Shown: piece after piece, positions 44,583-55,230 of the stretch
Position numbering within the stretch: the stretch's first letter is position 1
How the letters are laid out: every line of letters starts with the position of its first letter
NCBI GenBank assembly: GCA_035354195.1
Contig: DAOQAT010000001.1
Span: 12,369 to 76,368, forward strand
From: Bacteroidales bacterium
GTDB lineage: Bacteria > Bacteroidota > Bacteroidia > Bacteroidales > CAIWKO01
Direction: 5' to 3'
Length of the DNA: 64,000 bases
Made by a program: the position numbers and the translations under genes
Notes under the pieces: model-generated
The model's database searches: none
Seen by the model: only the letters and a program-made list of their open reading frames with translations
Told to the model about the DNA's origin: nothing

Positions 44583-46940
44583 TCAGAACGGGTAGCCAAT
44601 CCCGAGATTCCCGATCACCATAAATTTATTGGAGTTTTGGCCAATCCATCTGGAATGAACCGGCATAGACGGATCTTTGATTACTACGGCACCGTCAAGC
44701 CTGATGACAAAATATCCGAAATCAGCGCGTAACCCCAGCCCCGAATCGAATGCCAGCTCACTGAGGAACGTGTTCACATTGAAAACTGCGAGGGGCAGCT
44801 GATTCGATGGCTTTCGCAGCCAGATATTTCCCACATCAAGAAAAATTGCCCCCCGTAAGATCTTATAAATCGGGAAACGATACTCCACATTCATTTCCAG
44901 GGAAATATCACCGATTTTTTCCAGCGAAATACTGTCGGGTTGCTTGTAGGCTCCGGGACCCAAGGTTTTAAGCCTCCATCCGCGCATGCTGTTGGCGCCT
45001 CCCATATAAAAACTTTTTTCAAAAGGGAGGACATTCTTATTATCCAGCGGTGAGCCATAACCGGCCGCAGTCCTGAAAACGATCCGGTTAAATTCATCGA
45101 AAACCATGTAGTACCTGAAGTCGACATCCAAACGGTAATATTGTGAATAAGGCGTTCCGAGCAGCGTGTACGACCCCTGTTTTTTACGGATCTGATTCGT
45201 GATCCAGAAAATAAACCCTGCAAGTTCGACATTGGTCCTCAGGTAAATAAAATCCTCGTTTTTATTTATTTTTTGTGTGTTGTAAATGAAACTATAAGAA
45301 AGCGCTGTTGTGATGTGGTCACGATACGCATTTTGTAAAGTAGTATTGTCCAGAGCGTCGATCTGCGCTTTAAAAGTAGAGTCGGGATTGATTTTAATCA
45401 TGTTTACCTGCAAAGGAGTCAGGATATGGGTTTTGTGTTCGCTTTCTTTCCATTGATAACCAAAGGATCCGGAAAGGTAATACCTTTCGTAAGCCGGACG
45501 GATCTGGTAGTTAAACACGGTAGTAAGGATGGTTTTCGGCTTGAAATATTTCGGGAACCGTTCCTGTTTGATCGGGATTAAAAAACGCGGGATCTTCAGA
45601 TTCAGTTCCAACCCGGTTTCAACGGTATTAATGAAAGGAAGGCTCTTTATGACGGGTTCTTCTTTAATGGCATTTTTTTTAACCGATTGAAATTCTACCG
45701 CCCCGTTAACTTTAACATCAAAAAGGTCAGCTCCCCGAAACAGGTTTTTATTTTCGTAAACAAGCCCTGCAGAAACTCCGAGTTCCCCGCCTTTGTTTGT
45801 CGCTTCGGTGCTGACGGCCAATGCCTGGGTGGGAGATTTTGTCAGCCTGATGATGCAGTCCAGCGATCCGGTAACATCCGAAGTCCGCTCCAATTCCTGA
45901 AAGTTGATGTTGACAAAGCGGTAGATCTTAAGGTCAAGCAAACTCTTATACGTTTTTTCGACATCAGAAATGTTGAAAATATCGCCGCTGTCAACGTACA
46001 CAGATTGAGAAATGGTTTTTTTGTTGATTTTGAGTTTGTTTCTGAATGCGTAATAATAGACTTTTGGAGGTCGCTTTTTAAGCCTTGCCGGAATAATTAC
46101 CTTTACTGTATCATAAGTGTTAATGATGTTTTTGTCTGTTTCAAAATCAGTATTTATAATGATTTTATTCAACGAAAAGCGCCTGTGTTTTGCTGTTACC
46201 AGTGAATCGGACTTTATGGCCGAAGGCGCCATCGCATCAGAGACCTTAATTTTAATATCAACCTTATGGGTGTTTAAAGAACTGTCAATGATAAAATTTA
46301 TATAGTCTTTACTGAAATAATAATAACCGTTATTTCTCAGCGTACGTGTTATGCGTTCTCTTTCTGCGTCAATGTTATCCACATTATAGATTTCTCCGGG
46401 AATGATCAGGCATTTTGATTTTTCACTTAAGACAAACGCTTTTAAGGTGGCATCGTTTATGGCGTAGTTTACCGAATTAATTTTATAAGGTGTATAGGTG
46501 GTGATTTTATACTCTATTTTGGCGCAGCGCTTACGTTTTTTTGGATATTTAACGGAATAACTAATGTCAGCATTGAAATAACCATGATTATTGAGATAAT
46601 ATTCCAGCTGTTTCAGGGTGCTTTCAGCCAGCGTTGTATCCAACAGTACCGGCTCCGCAGCCAATGTATTTTTTATCCATCGTTTAAAGCCTGTCTCTTT
46701 ACCCTTTGAAGCATAATTCCAAAACCTGATATTCAGGTACAAACCTAAATTTTTACGGTTGGGCTTTTGTTTATAAAGTGTTTTTAGTTCGGCAGCATCG
46801 ATGGCATTTTTGTTCATTTTCAGCTTGTTACTGACGAGGAGGCGCTTGTCCGCCGGGTATTTTCGTATCGGGCTGCATGAAATCGCAAGAGCAAAGATTG
46901 CAAAGAAAAGAATGGCGATATTTAGATTGCTAGTCTTCAA
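44583..46940 (-). CDS. Omp85 (BamA/TamA)-family outer-membrane protein
   Basis: 785 aa. It has a signal/lipobox N-terminus, POTRA-like repeats, and a surface-antigen barrel ending in GNLGIGYPF with a terminal Phe. Confidence 0.8.
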   Translation of the reverse strand: MKTSNLNIAILFFAIFALAISCSPIRKYPADKRLLVSNKLKMNKNAIDAAELKTLYKQKPNRKNLGLYLNIRFWNYASKGKETGFKRWIKNTLAAEPVLLDTTLAESTLKQLEYYLNNHGYFNADISYSVKYPKKRKRCAKIEYKITTYTPYKINSVNYAINDATLKAFVLSEKSKCLIIPGEIYNVDNIDAERERITRTLRNNGYYYFSKDYINFIIDSSLNTHKVDIKIKVSDAMAPSAIKSDSLVTAKHRRFSLNKIIINTDFETDKNIINTYDTVKVIIPARLKKRPPKVYYYAFRNKLKINKKTISQSVYVDSGDIFNISDVEKTYKSLLDLKIYRFVNINFQELERTSDVTGSLDCIIRLTKSPTQALAVSTEATNKGGELGVSAGLVYENKNLFRGADLFDVKVNGAVEFQSVKKNAIKEEPVIKSLPFINTVETGLELNLKIPRFLIPIKQERFPKYFKPKTILTTVFNYQIRPAYERYYLSGSFGYQWKESEHKTHILTPLQVNMIKINPDSTFKAQIDALDNTTLQNAYRDHITTALSYSFIYNTQKINKNEDFIYLRTNVELAGFIFWITNQIRKKQGSYTLLGTPYSQYYRLDVDFRYYMVFDEFNRIVFRTAAGYGSPLDNKNVLPFEKSFYMGGANSMRGWRLKTLGPGAYKQPDSISLEKIGDISLEMNVEYRFPIYKILRGAIFLDVGNIWLRKPSNQLPLAVFNVNTFLSELAFDSGLGLRADFGYFVIRLDGAVVIKDPSMPVHSRWIGQNSNKFMVIGNLGIGYPF

Positions 46941-46950
46941 ATGTCAGTAT

Positions 46951-48186
46951 TTATTCATACCTGAGTGCTTCAATCGGATCCAGGCGTGCTGCTTTTATGG
47001 CAGGGAAAATGCCTGATACCAACCCGACCAATACACATAACAATATCCCTGAAAATATCCATAACCAGGGAACTACAAAGCTGCTTCCAAGAATTATCGA
47101 CATGATATTTCCAATGAGTATTCCGAACACAATCCCGAGCAAACCGCCAAGCTGGCCTATTACAATCGCTTCCACCAAAAACTGGTTTTTTATCGTGTTT
47201 GATGTGGCGCCCATGGCTTTCCGTATTCCTATTTCGCGTGTTCGTTCCGTGACGGAAACAAGCATGATGTTCATCAGGCCGATGGCTGCTCCCAGAAGGG
47301 TTATTAAACCAATGATCGTGGCAGCCATGGTTACATATTGAATGTTCTCAAGCAGCATTTGTGCGAGGTTATCACTTTTTTCCACTTCAAAATTGTTGTT
47401 ATCGCCCGGCAGCACTTTTCTGATTACCCTAAAGGTGCCGGTAGCTTCGCCAATAGCCACATCAAGCAAGGTCGTATTGGTGACCATCACGTTAATGGTG
47501 TAGGACAGCTCTTTACCTGACACAAATTGCCGGAGGTTCGCAATCGGGATCATGCAACTCTTGTCGCCGCTGAATCCCATGCTGGAACCTTTTTCTTTCA
47601 TCACGCCGATAATTTTATACTTTTTTACCCCGACTGATATTTGTTTGTCAATGGGGTTTTCGTTGTTGGGGAATAGTTTTTTAATGACCTCTTTTCCAAC
47701 CAAAATCACATTTTCCCCATTTGAAAGTTCCCTTTTAGAGAAGTTTCTTCCGTATTCAAGTTCATAGCCGGAGGTTGTAAGGTAATTGTCATCAACGCCC
47801 TGGACCATAATATTCGGGTTGGTCTTTTTTGAGGCATATTTCGCGGTTGCTGCGCCGGTACCGAATGTGGAAATTGATGTCACTGCCGGGAAAGAGAACC
47901 TTTCTTTAAATTCGATGGCTTCATCATAGGTGATGTTCCGGTAATCTTTTGCCCTTTCGTCGCCGCCATGCATACGCATACCATGGTTCCGGATGCTGAA
48001 CGTGTTGGAGCCCATGCGTGCGAAATTGCTGCTTATAGATCCTTTGATGGATTCGATAGCCGTAAGTATCCCGACCAAAGCCATGATCCCGAACGCGATG
48101 ATCATAACGGTCAGTATCGTGCGCAGAAGGTGCGTGCGAATGGACACCAAAGAAATCCTGATGTTTTCAACGACCAATAACTTCAT
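46951..48186 (-). CDS. FtsX/MacB-type ABC transporter permease
   Basis: 411 aa with one TM, a periplasmic domain, then 3 TM. It has the ERTREIGIRKAMGAT motif. No ATPase gene is adjacent. Confidence 0.85.
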   Translation of the reverse strand: MKLLVVENIRISLVSIRTHLLRTILTVMIIAFGIMALVGILTAIESIKGSISSNFARMGSNTFSIRNHGMRMHGGDERAKDYRNITYDEAIEFKERFSFPAVTSISTFGTGAATAKYASKKTNPNIMVQGVDDNYLTTSGYELEYGRNFSKRELSNGENVILVGKEVIKKLFPNNENPIDKQISVGVKKYKIIGVMKEKGSSMGFSGDKSCMIPIANLRQFVSGKELSYTINVMVTNTTLLDVAIGEATGTFRVIRKVLPGDNNNFEVEKSDNLAQMLLENIQYVTMAATIIGLITLLGAAIGLMNIMLVSVTERTREIGIRKAMGATSNTIKNQFLVEAIVIGQLGGLLGIVFGILIGNIMSIILGSSFVVPWLWIFSGILLCVLVGLVSGIFPAIKAARLDPIEALRYE

Positions 48187-48362
48187 CTCAGATTTTCACA
48201 TTAATAATTGTTGTAACAAAAGTATAAAAATTACGAAACTGTTTTGTAAATAGAGCGTTTTCATTTGTAATTTATTTTATCAGGTGTTACAATTTATAAA
48301 TCCTTCTTATTGTTTCTGCGACACTCATTATTTACAAACACACCTGTTATTTTCTATTTTTC

Positions 48363-48370
48363 TATCTTTG
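48363..48370 (+). promoter_or_regulatory. candidate -7 box (TATCTTTG) for the THUMP methyltransferase gene
   Basis: Exact TAnnTTTG, 11 nt upstream of the TTG start at 48381 (very short leader). Confidence 0.35.
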
Positions 48371-48380
48371 TAAAAAAAAA

Positions 48381-49544
48381 TTGAACGAAAATCAGCTTTT
48401 TGTTGCCAAAACCCAGTTCGGGCTGGAAGGATTACTGGCCGATGAACTGAAAACCATCGGTGCCAAAGACATACAGACCCTGACCCGGGCCGTGTCTTTT
48501 CGCGGAGGCCTGCGAACCATGTATGCTGCCAACTATAACAGCCGTACCGCTTTGCATATTTTGATGCCCGTACTTGATTTCAAGTTCCGGGATAAGGAGC
48601 AATTTTTTGATCTGATAAAAAAATTTGATTGGGCTCAATTTTTCCTGCCGGATAAAACCATTTCCATTGACACGGTCATGTCGGACACCTTTTTTACGAA
48701 TTCGCATTATGTTTCCTTGTTGTGTAAGGATGCGATTGCCGATTATTTCCGGGAAAAATACCATCAACGCCCGTCGGTTGAACTTGAAAATCCTGATATA
48801 AAAATTCACCTTCATATCCGCGGGCATGAATGCTCTGTGTCGTTTGACAGTTCGGGCGGATCGTTGCATCGGAGGGGTTACCGTGTTAAACAAGGGCTGG
48901 CTCCTATGAGTGAGGTGCTGGCTGCAGGAATGGTTTTGCTTAGTGGTTGGGACAAAAAAACAAACCTGTTTGACCCGATGTGCGGCTCGGCGACCATCCT
49001 TACCGAAGCTGCCATGATCGCAGGAAACATCCCGGCAGGTTATTACCGGAAATCGTTTGGTTTCGAGAAGTGGAATAATTTTGATGATGCGCTATGGCAT
49101 GATGTTAAAGAAAAAGCTGACGAGCAAATCAGTGAATATGAATGCGACATTGTGGGTGGAGATAATTCGGGCGCAGCTATCACAGCAGCGGCTGCCAACC
49201 TGAAATCAGCCCATCTGCATAAAGATATTCACCTTACAGAATGCGATTTCCGTGAGTTCAGGTTTCCTAAGGAAAAAGGAATGATCATCACCAATCCTCC
49301 TTATGGTGAGCGGATAAAACCTGACGACATCATCCGCCTCTATAAAGACATTGGTGACACGTTGAAGAATCACTGCGCCGGTTATGAGGCATGGATCATC
49401 AGTTCGCATTTTGATGCCTTGAAATTTATCGGTTTGAAACCCGGTAAAAAAATTACCTTATTCAATGGCCCGCTGGAATGCCGGTTTGTAAAATTTGAGC
49501 TTTTCGAAGGCAGTCTGAAAGATAAAAAAACCAGGGAGCAATAG
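48381..49544 (+). CDS. THUMP-domain class I SAM-dependent RNA methyltransferase (RlmL/COG0116-like)
   Basis: 387 aa. It has a THUMP-like N-half, DPMCGSATILTEA (motif I) and ITNPPYGERI (motif IV). Confidence 0.85.
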   Translation: MNENQLFVAKTQFGLEGLLADELKTIGAKDIQTLTRAVSFRGGLRTMYAANYNSRTALHILMPVLDFKFRDKEQFFDLIKKFDWAQFFLPDKTISIDTVMSDTFFTNSHYVSLLCKDAIADYFREKYHQRPSVELENPDIKIHLHIRGHECSVSFDSSGGSLHRRGYRVKQGLAPMSEVLAAGMVLLSGWDKKTNLFDPMCGSATILTEAAMIAGNIPAGYYRKSFGFEKWNNFDDALWHDVKEKADEQISEYECDIVGGDNSGAAITAAAANLKSAHLHKDIHLTECDFREFRFPKEKGMIITNPPYGERIKPDDIIRLYKDIGDTLKNHCAGYEAWIISSHFDALKFIGLKPGKKITLFNGPLECRFVKFELFEGSLKDKKTREQ

Positions 49545-49689
49545 AAAATAGGAAATGTCAGCAGGTGATTGTTTTTCAGGGGTGCAACCTGTTTCATCGA
49601 ACCGTTGAATGAGTTAGCGGAAATTTGCAATTAACAACGTGCTGTTATCAAAACGATCATCTTTTTTTATCCCATTATCAAATAAATAA

Positions 49690-49697
49690 TATTTTTG
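49690..49697 (+). promoter_or_regulatory. candidate -7 box (TATTTTTG) for the SpoIID/LytB-comEC-permease string
   Basis: Exact TAnnTTTG, 31 nt upstream of the ATG at 49728. Confidence 0.4.
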
Positions 49698-49727
49698 TAG
49701 AACTAGGTTTAATTTAAGTTTGATGAG

Positions 49728-50879
49728 ATGAAATTTTACAGAACAATTTTGCTGGGGTTTTCCTTATTATTGACAAACATAGCTTTTGGCGGAACTTTTA
49801 TCGATATAAAGATCTTTACCGGATACAGTATCAATACTTTTAATTTTATGCCTGTGTCTGGCAAATACTCTGTCTTTGATGCGGATAAAAAAGTGGTGGA
49901 TATCCTTAGGGATGAAATTACGACTTTTAAGATAAAAAATGATACCATCTATGTTTCAAAAGGTACAAAACAGTTTGGAAAATTTACATCACTGAATATC
50001 AGCGGCAGCGGCCTGCTGAACAATTTTAAAATCAAACCATCCAACACGAATATTCAGGAACGTAATTATGATGATAATTTACAAATCACCGTTCAGGATG
50101 GCTATTTTCTGATCATCAATCAGGTAGAAATTGAAAATTATGTGGCGGGTGTTGTTCAATCAGAAGGTGGCGGGAGTGTAAAAGACAATGATTTTTATCT
50201 GGTACAGGCCATTACCTGCCGGACCTATGCACTTAACAATATAAAAAAGCACTCCAAAGAAGGGTTCAATCTGTGCGACAGTGTGCATTGCCAGCAATAT
50301 CTGGGACGTTGCAAATCAAATGAAATACTGGCAGCGACCTTTAAAACAGCCGGTGATGTGATTGTGGACAAGAACGAAAAGATGATCTCGGCGGCCTTTC
50401 ACGCAAATTCAGGCGGGCAGACTGTCAATTCTGAAGACATCTGGAAAATCTCCACCAGCTATCTGAAATCTGTTAATGATACCTTCTCATTAGGTATGCC
50501 TAATGCAAAATGGGAATATAAAATTTTGCAGGCCAACTGGCTTGATTATTTAGCCAGCCGTTTCAATTACCCTGTCAATGACCCGGAAAAAAGGAATTAT
50601 GCATTGACCTTTAAACAGGACACCCGAAAAGTATATTTCGCTGACAGCATACTTTTATCAACAATCCGATACGACCTTGGTTTGAAATCCACCTGGTTCT
50701 CCATTGAGCAGCAGGGCGCAAACATGGTTTTTAAAGGCAGGGGTTATGGACATGGCGTTGGACTGAGCCAGCAGGGCGCCATCCGGATGGCACACCTGGG
50801 ATACAATTACCTGGATATTATTAAATTTTATTATAAAGATGTTGAAGTCGTAAATTACGATGAGTTGAATATCAAATAA
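49728..50879 (+). CDS. SpoIID/LytB domain protein
   Basis: 383 aa. ENYVAGVVQSEGG, AITCRTYAL, CDSVHCQQY, FHANSGGQT and GHGVGLSQQGA match the SpoIID amidase-enhancer family. Confidence 0.85.
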   Translation: MKFYRTILLGFSLLLTNIAFGGTFIDIKIFTGYSINTFNFMPVSGKYSVFDADKKVVDILRDEITTFKIKNDTIYVSKGTKQFGKFTSLNISGSGLLNNFKIKPSNTNIQERNYDDNLQITVQDGYFLIINQVEIENYVAGVVQSEGGGSVKDNDFYLVQAITCRTYALNNIKKHSKEGFNLCDSVHCQQYLGRCKSNEILAATFKTAGDVIVDKNEKMISAAFHANSGGQTVNSEDIWKISTSYLKSVNDTFSLGMPNAKWEYKILQANWLDYLASRFNYPVNDPEKRNYALTFKQDTRKVYFADSILLSTIRYDLGLKSTWFSIEQQGANMVFKGRGYGHGVGLSQQGAIRMAHLGYNYLDIIKFYYKDVEVVNYDELNIK

Positions 50880-50882
50880 TAC

Positions 50883-52988
50883 ATGTTCTGGAACCGTTAT
50901 CCGTTTGCACGTATTCTTCTGCCTTTTTTATCGGGAATCACCGTAGCCTTGTATTTTGACCTGAGCCTTCTTATCCCGGTTTATTTTTTTGTTGTATTGG
51001 CCCTTGCACTTGCTGTGCTGGTTATCTTTTTTCAGAAAAAGATCAGCTATAAAATGCGATGGCTCACGGGTTTCGTTATCGCCCTGTTTTACCTTCTTGC
51101 GGGGTACCAACTGACAGCGCTTAAGAATAATGAAAACAACAATTCCTTTTTTGGTAATTATTTGACGGAAGAAAATTACACCCTGGCACGCCTCACCGAG
51201 CCGGTTCAGGTCAGGGAGAAGGTTTGCAAATGCGTGGTTGAAATAGTGGCGGTTAAAGATTCTGCCCAATGGCATACTGCCTCTGGTAAGGCAATAATTT
51301 ATCTTGAAAAAGATTCATTATCCGAAAAACTGAATTATGGGGATGAGGTATTGATGAGAAGTAAGTATGCTGAGGTTGCGCCCCCATTGAATCCTGAAGA
51401 GTATAATTATAAAAATTATCTGAAGTATCGGTCGGTTCAATACAGCAGCTATGTCAGGAATGCCAATTGGAAATTAATTTCGGCCCATAACGGAAACGCG
51501 CTCATGAGTTTTGCATATACACTGCGTAATAAGTTTCTGAATATTTTGAAAAAAAATGAATTACAAGGTAATGAATACGCCGTTGTTTCAGCGTTGTTAA
51601 TAGGATACACCGACAACCTGGATCCGGAGCTGATCAAGGATTATCAGGGAACGGGGGCGGTTCATATTCTTAGCGTATCGGGCTTGCATGTGGGAATTAT
51701 TTTTATCGTGCTGAACTTTTTATTGCTATTCTTTGATAAAACCAGGTACGGACGAATCCCAAAAGCCTTGCTCTTGCTTGGATTTATTTGGTTTTATGCG
51801 GTTCTCACCGGTATGTCGCCATCGGTCATGCGGGCAACCGCCATGTTCAGTTTTGTTATTATCGGAAATGCTTTCAGGCAGCCGCCCAATATTTACAATA
51901 CTATTGCAGCCTCGGCATTTGTACTTCTGATGGTTGACCCGTATATGATAACAGCTGTTGGGTTTCAGTTATCCTATCTGGCTGTAATTGGCATAGTTGC
52001 TGTTTACCCCTTTATTGAAAAAGCCTGGACACCCAAAAACTGGCTGTTACGTAAGACCTGGTCACTGATAGCTGTTTCTCTTGCGGCACAATTGATTACA
52101 TTTCCTTTATGCCTGTATTATTTTCACCAGTTTCCCAACTATTTCCTGCTGACCAATATCGTAGCTGTGCCGTTGTCGGGATTGATCATCTACCTTGGAA
52201 TAGCGGTGCTGGCGCTGTCTTTTTGGCCATGGCTTTCCTTATTGCTGGCAAAGGTACTTTCATACTCCCTGATGTTTCTCAACGGATCAATATCATTTAT
52301 TGAAGAACTTCCTTTTTCAGTTTCAAGGGCTGTGCCGGTCAATTTCACCGAGATGGTGCTGATTTATGCCATTGTTATCTGTATTTGTGTGTTTCTATTG
52401 CAACATAAAAGTAAGGCACTGATCGGAAGTGCTGCTTTTGTGGTTTTACTGCTGATTTCTGTGGCAATACGTAATTATAACGCACTGGTTCAAAAAGAAA
52501 TCATTGTTTATCAGGTGAATAAACATACGGCCATTGATTTTTTTGATGGCAAGTCTGCTTTTTTTATCTGCGATTCTGCTTTTATTTATGATACAAAAAA
52601 ACAGGATTTCCACATCATGAATAACCGCTGCAAACACAGGTCGCGCAATGTTTTTCCGATAGTGATGACTAAAGAAAATGTTTCTTTTAAGAACAATATT
52701 TTTTACAACCATGGCGACTTTTACGGCTTTGCAGGGAGAAAACTCGCAGTAATAAACAAGGCCACATTCAACAGTCATAAGTTGGCGCTGGATTACCTCC
52801 TGATTTCTCAAAACCCTGATATCACTATGGAGGAGCTGTTAACACAATACGAGCCGTCCTTGATCATTTTTGACGCATCCAATTCGGAAAAAAATATAAA
52901 AAACTGGACAACTCAATGTGCAGACATTGGGATTCCTTGTTATTCAACCCGAAAGTCTGGTGCCTGGGTATGTAATTTAGCCGATTGA
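50883..52988 (+). CDS. comEC: ComEC/Rec2-family competence channel protein
   Basis: 701 aa, polytopic. It has a DUF4131-like N-terminus, the Competence domain with GAVHILSVSGLHVGI, and a degenerate C-terminal lactamase-like part. Confidence 0.85.
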   Translation: MFWNRYPFARILLPFLSGITVALYFDLSLLIPVYFFVVLALALAVLVIFFQKKISYKMRWLTGFVIALFYLLAGYQLTALKNNENNNSFFGNYLTEENYTLARLTEPVQVREKVCKCVVEIVAVKDSAQWHTASGKAIIYLEKDSLSEKLNYGDEVLMRSKYAEVAPPLNPEEYNYKNYLKYRSVQYSSYVRNANWKLISAHNGNALMSFAYTLRNKFLNILKKNELQGNEYAVVSALLIGYTDNLDPELIKDYQGTGAVHILSVSGLHVGIIFIVLNFLLLFFDKTRYGRIPKALLLLGFIWFYAVLTGMSPSVMRATAMFSFVIIGNAFRQPPNIYNTIAASAFVLLMVDPYMITAVGFQLSYLAVIGIVAVYPFIEKAWTPKNWLLRKTWSLIAVSLAAQLITFPLCLYYFHQFPNYFLLTNIVAVPLSGLIIYLGIAVLALSFWPWLSLLLAKVLSYSLMFLNGSISFIEELPFSVSRAVPVNFTEMVLIYAIVICICVFLLQHKSKALIGSAAFVVLLLISVAIRNYNALVQKEIIVYQVNKHTAIDFFDGKSAFFICDSAFIYDTKKQDFHIMNNRCKHRSRNVFPIVMTKENVSFKNNIFYNHGDFYGFAGRKLAVINKATFNSHKLALDYLLISQNPDITMEELLTQYEPSLIIFDASNSEKNIKNWTTQCADIGIPCYSTRKSGAWVCNLAD

Positions 52989-52992
52989 TGCA

Positions 52993-54246
52993 ATGAATAC
53001 GATTCAGATTATAGCGTTAGTAATTTTTGTCGTCACCTATATTGGTATTATTTTCACACGCCTTCCATGGATAAACATTGACCGGCCATCTGCCGCGTTT
53101 TTTGGTGCAGTGGCTATGATACTATTTAATGTGCTGAATTTTGAAGAGGCCATTTTTTCTATCGATTTCAACACCATAGCTTTATTGCTTGGTATGATGA
53201 TCATCATTTCCACCTTGCAGCTGGATGGCTTCTTTTCATATATTGCCCGAAAGACCATGGCCTTTTCACGTACCCGTTTCAGGCTGATGGTGATCATTGT
53301 TTTTGTTACCGGAATTTCGAGCGCTTTCATGGTCAACGATGCGGTGGTGCTTCTTTTCACGCCGGTAATCATCGCATTGTGCCTTGCATACCGCATCAAC
53401 CCTGTTCCATACCTTATTGCAGAGATCCTTGCATCCAATGTTGGCAGTGCCATGACCATGACGGGAAACCCTCAGAATATGATGATCGGGATTAATTCGG
53501 GAATTTCATACGGTGCTTTTTTACTGCATCTGCTTCCGGTATCAATACTAGGCCTGTTGATCATCATCTTTATCATGCGTCTTTTGTATCCCGGGGATTT
53601 TAAAGATAAGACCCCGCTCCAGGTGTATGAAAACGGTTTTGAGTACAACTTCAAATCCATGAAGTTTTCCGTTCCAATATTTTTAGGGGTGGTAATACTT
53701 TTCTTTTTCAGCACCTTTCTTCATATTTCAATCCCGATGATCGCTTTGTTTGGCGGTTCGTTGATTTTGATATTCGGAAAGATCAAACCTTCAAAGGTTA
53801 TCAAGGAAATTGATTGGGTGTTACTGCTGTTTTTTGCGTCGTTATTCATTGTGGTTCATGGGATCGAAAAAGCAGGGCTGATGGAATATATCATCAGTTC
53901 CAAACCCCTGACAAGCGATGTTGCCGGTGTCAGCGCGCTTCACGGGATCAGCCTCCTAGCATCGCAGCTTGTGAGCAACGTGCCGTTTACCGTGGCCATG
54001 CTACCGCTGATGAAAACCATTTCATCGGATGCCATGTGGTTAGCGCTTGCTTCTGCATCTACACTCGCGGGAAATGCGACCATCCTTGGGGCGATGGCCA
54101 ATCTGATCGTGATAGAATCAGCAAAGCATCATAAAGTTCATATCGGCTTTTTCGAGTTTTTTAAGGCAGGTATAATAACCACCCTAGTGACATTACTTTT
54201 ATCGATCGGGATAATTCTACTTGAAATTAGGATAGGGATGTTCTGA
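52993..54246 (+). CDS. ArsB/NhaD (citrate transporter-like) anion permease
   Basis: 417 aa with about 11 TM spans and repeated GSAMTMTGNPQN / AGNATILGAMANL hairpin motifs. Confidence 0.8.
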   Translation: MNTIQIIALVIFVVTYIGIIFTRLPWINIDRPSAAFFGAVAMILFNVLNFEEAIFSIDFNTIALLLGMMIIISTLQLDGFFSYIARKTMAFSRTRFRLMVIIVFVTGISSAFMVNDAVVLLFTPVIIALCLAYRINPVPYLIAEILASNVGSAMTMTGNPQNMMIGINSGISYGAFLLHLLPVSILGLLIIIFIMRLLYPGDFKDKTPLQVYENGFEYNFKSMKFSVPIFLGVVILFFFSTFLHISIPMIALFGGSLILIFGKIKPSKVIKEIDWVLLLFFASLFIVVHGIEKAGLMEYIISSKPLTSDVAGVSALHGISLLASQLVSNVPFTVAMLPLMKTISSDAMWLALASASTLAGNATILGAMANLIVIESAKHHKVHIGFFEFFKAGIITTLVTLLLSIGIILLEIRIGMF

Positions 54247-54273
54247 TAAATCCGGAACCTGCCTGTTTAAAAT

Positions 54274-54885
54274 CTATTTGCAGAGTTTTACTATCAGTTT
54301 GGCGATCTTAGAGGCTGATTCTCCATAAGCATTGGCTATTCTTGCCTGCTGGTCTTTCATTTCAACAGAGTTGTCACTTTTTCCGATAACTTTTTCAGAT
54401 TTGATGGTGGCAAGGATATTTTCAGGATTTTCAGTTTCAACGAAATTAACAGTAAGGTTTACATAGGTGTCCCTGTTTATACCGCCTGAACTTGCGTAAA
54501 AACCGGGTTCTATCTTGTTGGTGGTAACGATCATGGTGTACTTGGAGTCGCCTTCTTTCTCGGCTTTTAATTTTAGTTTTCTCATGCCAAGGTTAAACTG
54601 TTCTATAAACTTAGGTTCGTGTTTATCCTTGAAGTCGGATTTCCATTTTGCAACAAATTTATCAGCATCGGCTGCTTTTCTGAATTCACCTCTTTTTTGT
54701 TTCAGGTAATAATCTTCAGTGAGACCGGCAACATCCATCCCGTCATAAACAAAAGAGACTGATATGGTTGGCTGGCCAATCAGAATGGTAATATCGCCGC
54801 TTACAAGATCGATATCCTGTGCTTTGGCTTTTTGGAAGTTGAATGTTATAATTACCAGGATGAATAACAATCTTATGTGTTTCAT
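54274..54885 (-). CDS. hypothetical secreted protein, 203 aa
   Basis: The signal peptide is MKHIRLLFILVIITFNFQKAKAQ. No family recognised. Confidence 0.55.
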   Translation of the reverse strand: MKHIRLLFILVIITFNFQKAKAQDIDLVSGDITILIGQPTISVSFVYDGMDVAGLTEDYYLKQKRGEFRKAADADKFVAKWKSDFKDKHEPKFIEQFNLGMRKLKLKAEKEGDSKYTMIVTTNKIEPGFYASSGGINRDTYVNLTVNFVETENPENILATIKSEKVIGKSDNSVEMKDQQARIANAYGESASKIAKLIVKLCK

Positions 54886-54957
54886 AGTGATGAGTTTATA
54901 GAAAATGTTAAAAAAAAAGTATTTTAGTGCAAATCTACAATTTTTTAATAAAACCCC

Positions 54958-54965
54958 TATATTTG
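54958..54965 (+). promoter_or_regulatory. candidate -7 box (TATATTTG) for ORF 55000
   Basis: Exact TAnnTTTG, 35 nt upstream of the ATG at 55000. Confidence 0.4.
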
Positions 54966-54999
54966 TGAAAGAAAAAATACAAACAAAAAAAATACGATT

Positions 55000-55212
55000 A
55001 TGTGTTTAATTGAACCAAACTCTTCTTTAATTCCAATTTTGATTATCCTGGCTGTCTGGGATATTGTATGGAAATTTATTGCATTATGGAAGTCGGCGCG
55101 GAACAACCACCTTGCCTGGTTTATCTGTATTGCTATTTTTAACACCATTGGGATTTTACCTATCATTTACGTTCTGACCCACAGGAAAAAGGCCGAAGCT
55201 GAAAAGCCGTAA
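55000..55212 (+). CDS. small 2-TM membrane protein (DUF5652-like, tentative)
   Basis: 70 aa. It contains WDIVWKFIALWKSARNNHLAWFICIAIFNTIGILPIIY. Confidence 0.5.
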   Translation: MCLIEPNSSLIPILIILAVWDIVWKFIALWKSARNNHLAWFICIAIFNTIGILPIIYVLTHRKKAEAEKP

Positions 55213-55230
55213 ACCCAAATTTGCAAAAAA

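Noticed and set aside
45687-46205. 172-aa plus-strand ORF
   Set aside because: It is antisense to the Omp85-family gene.
46951-48186. MacB/FtsX permease without an adjacent ATPase, considered as a remnant or pseudogene
   Set aside because: The ORF is full length with an intact motif. Stand-alone LolE/MacB-like permease genes are common in Bacteroidota.
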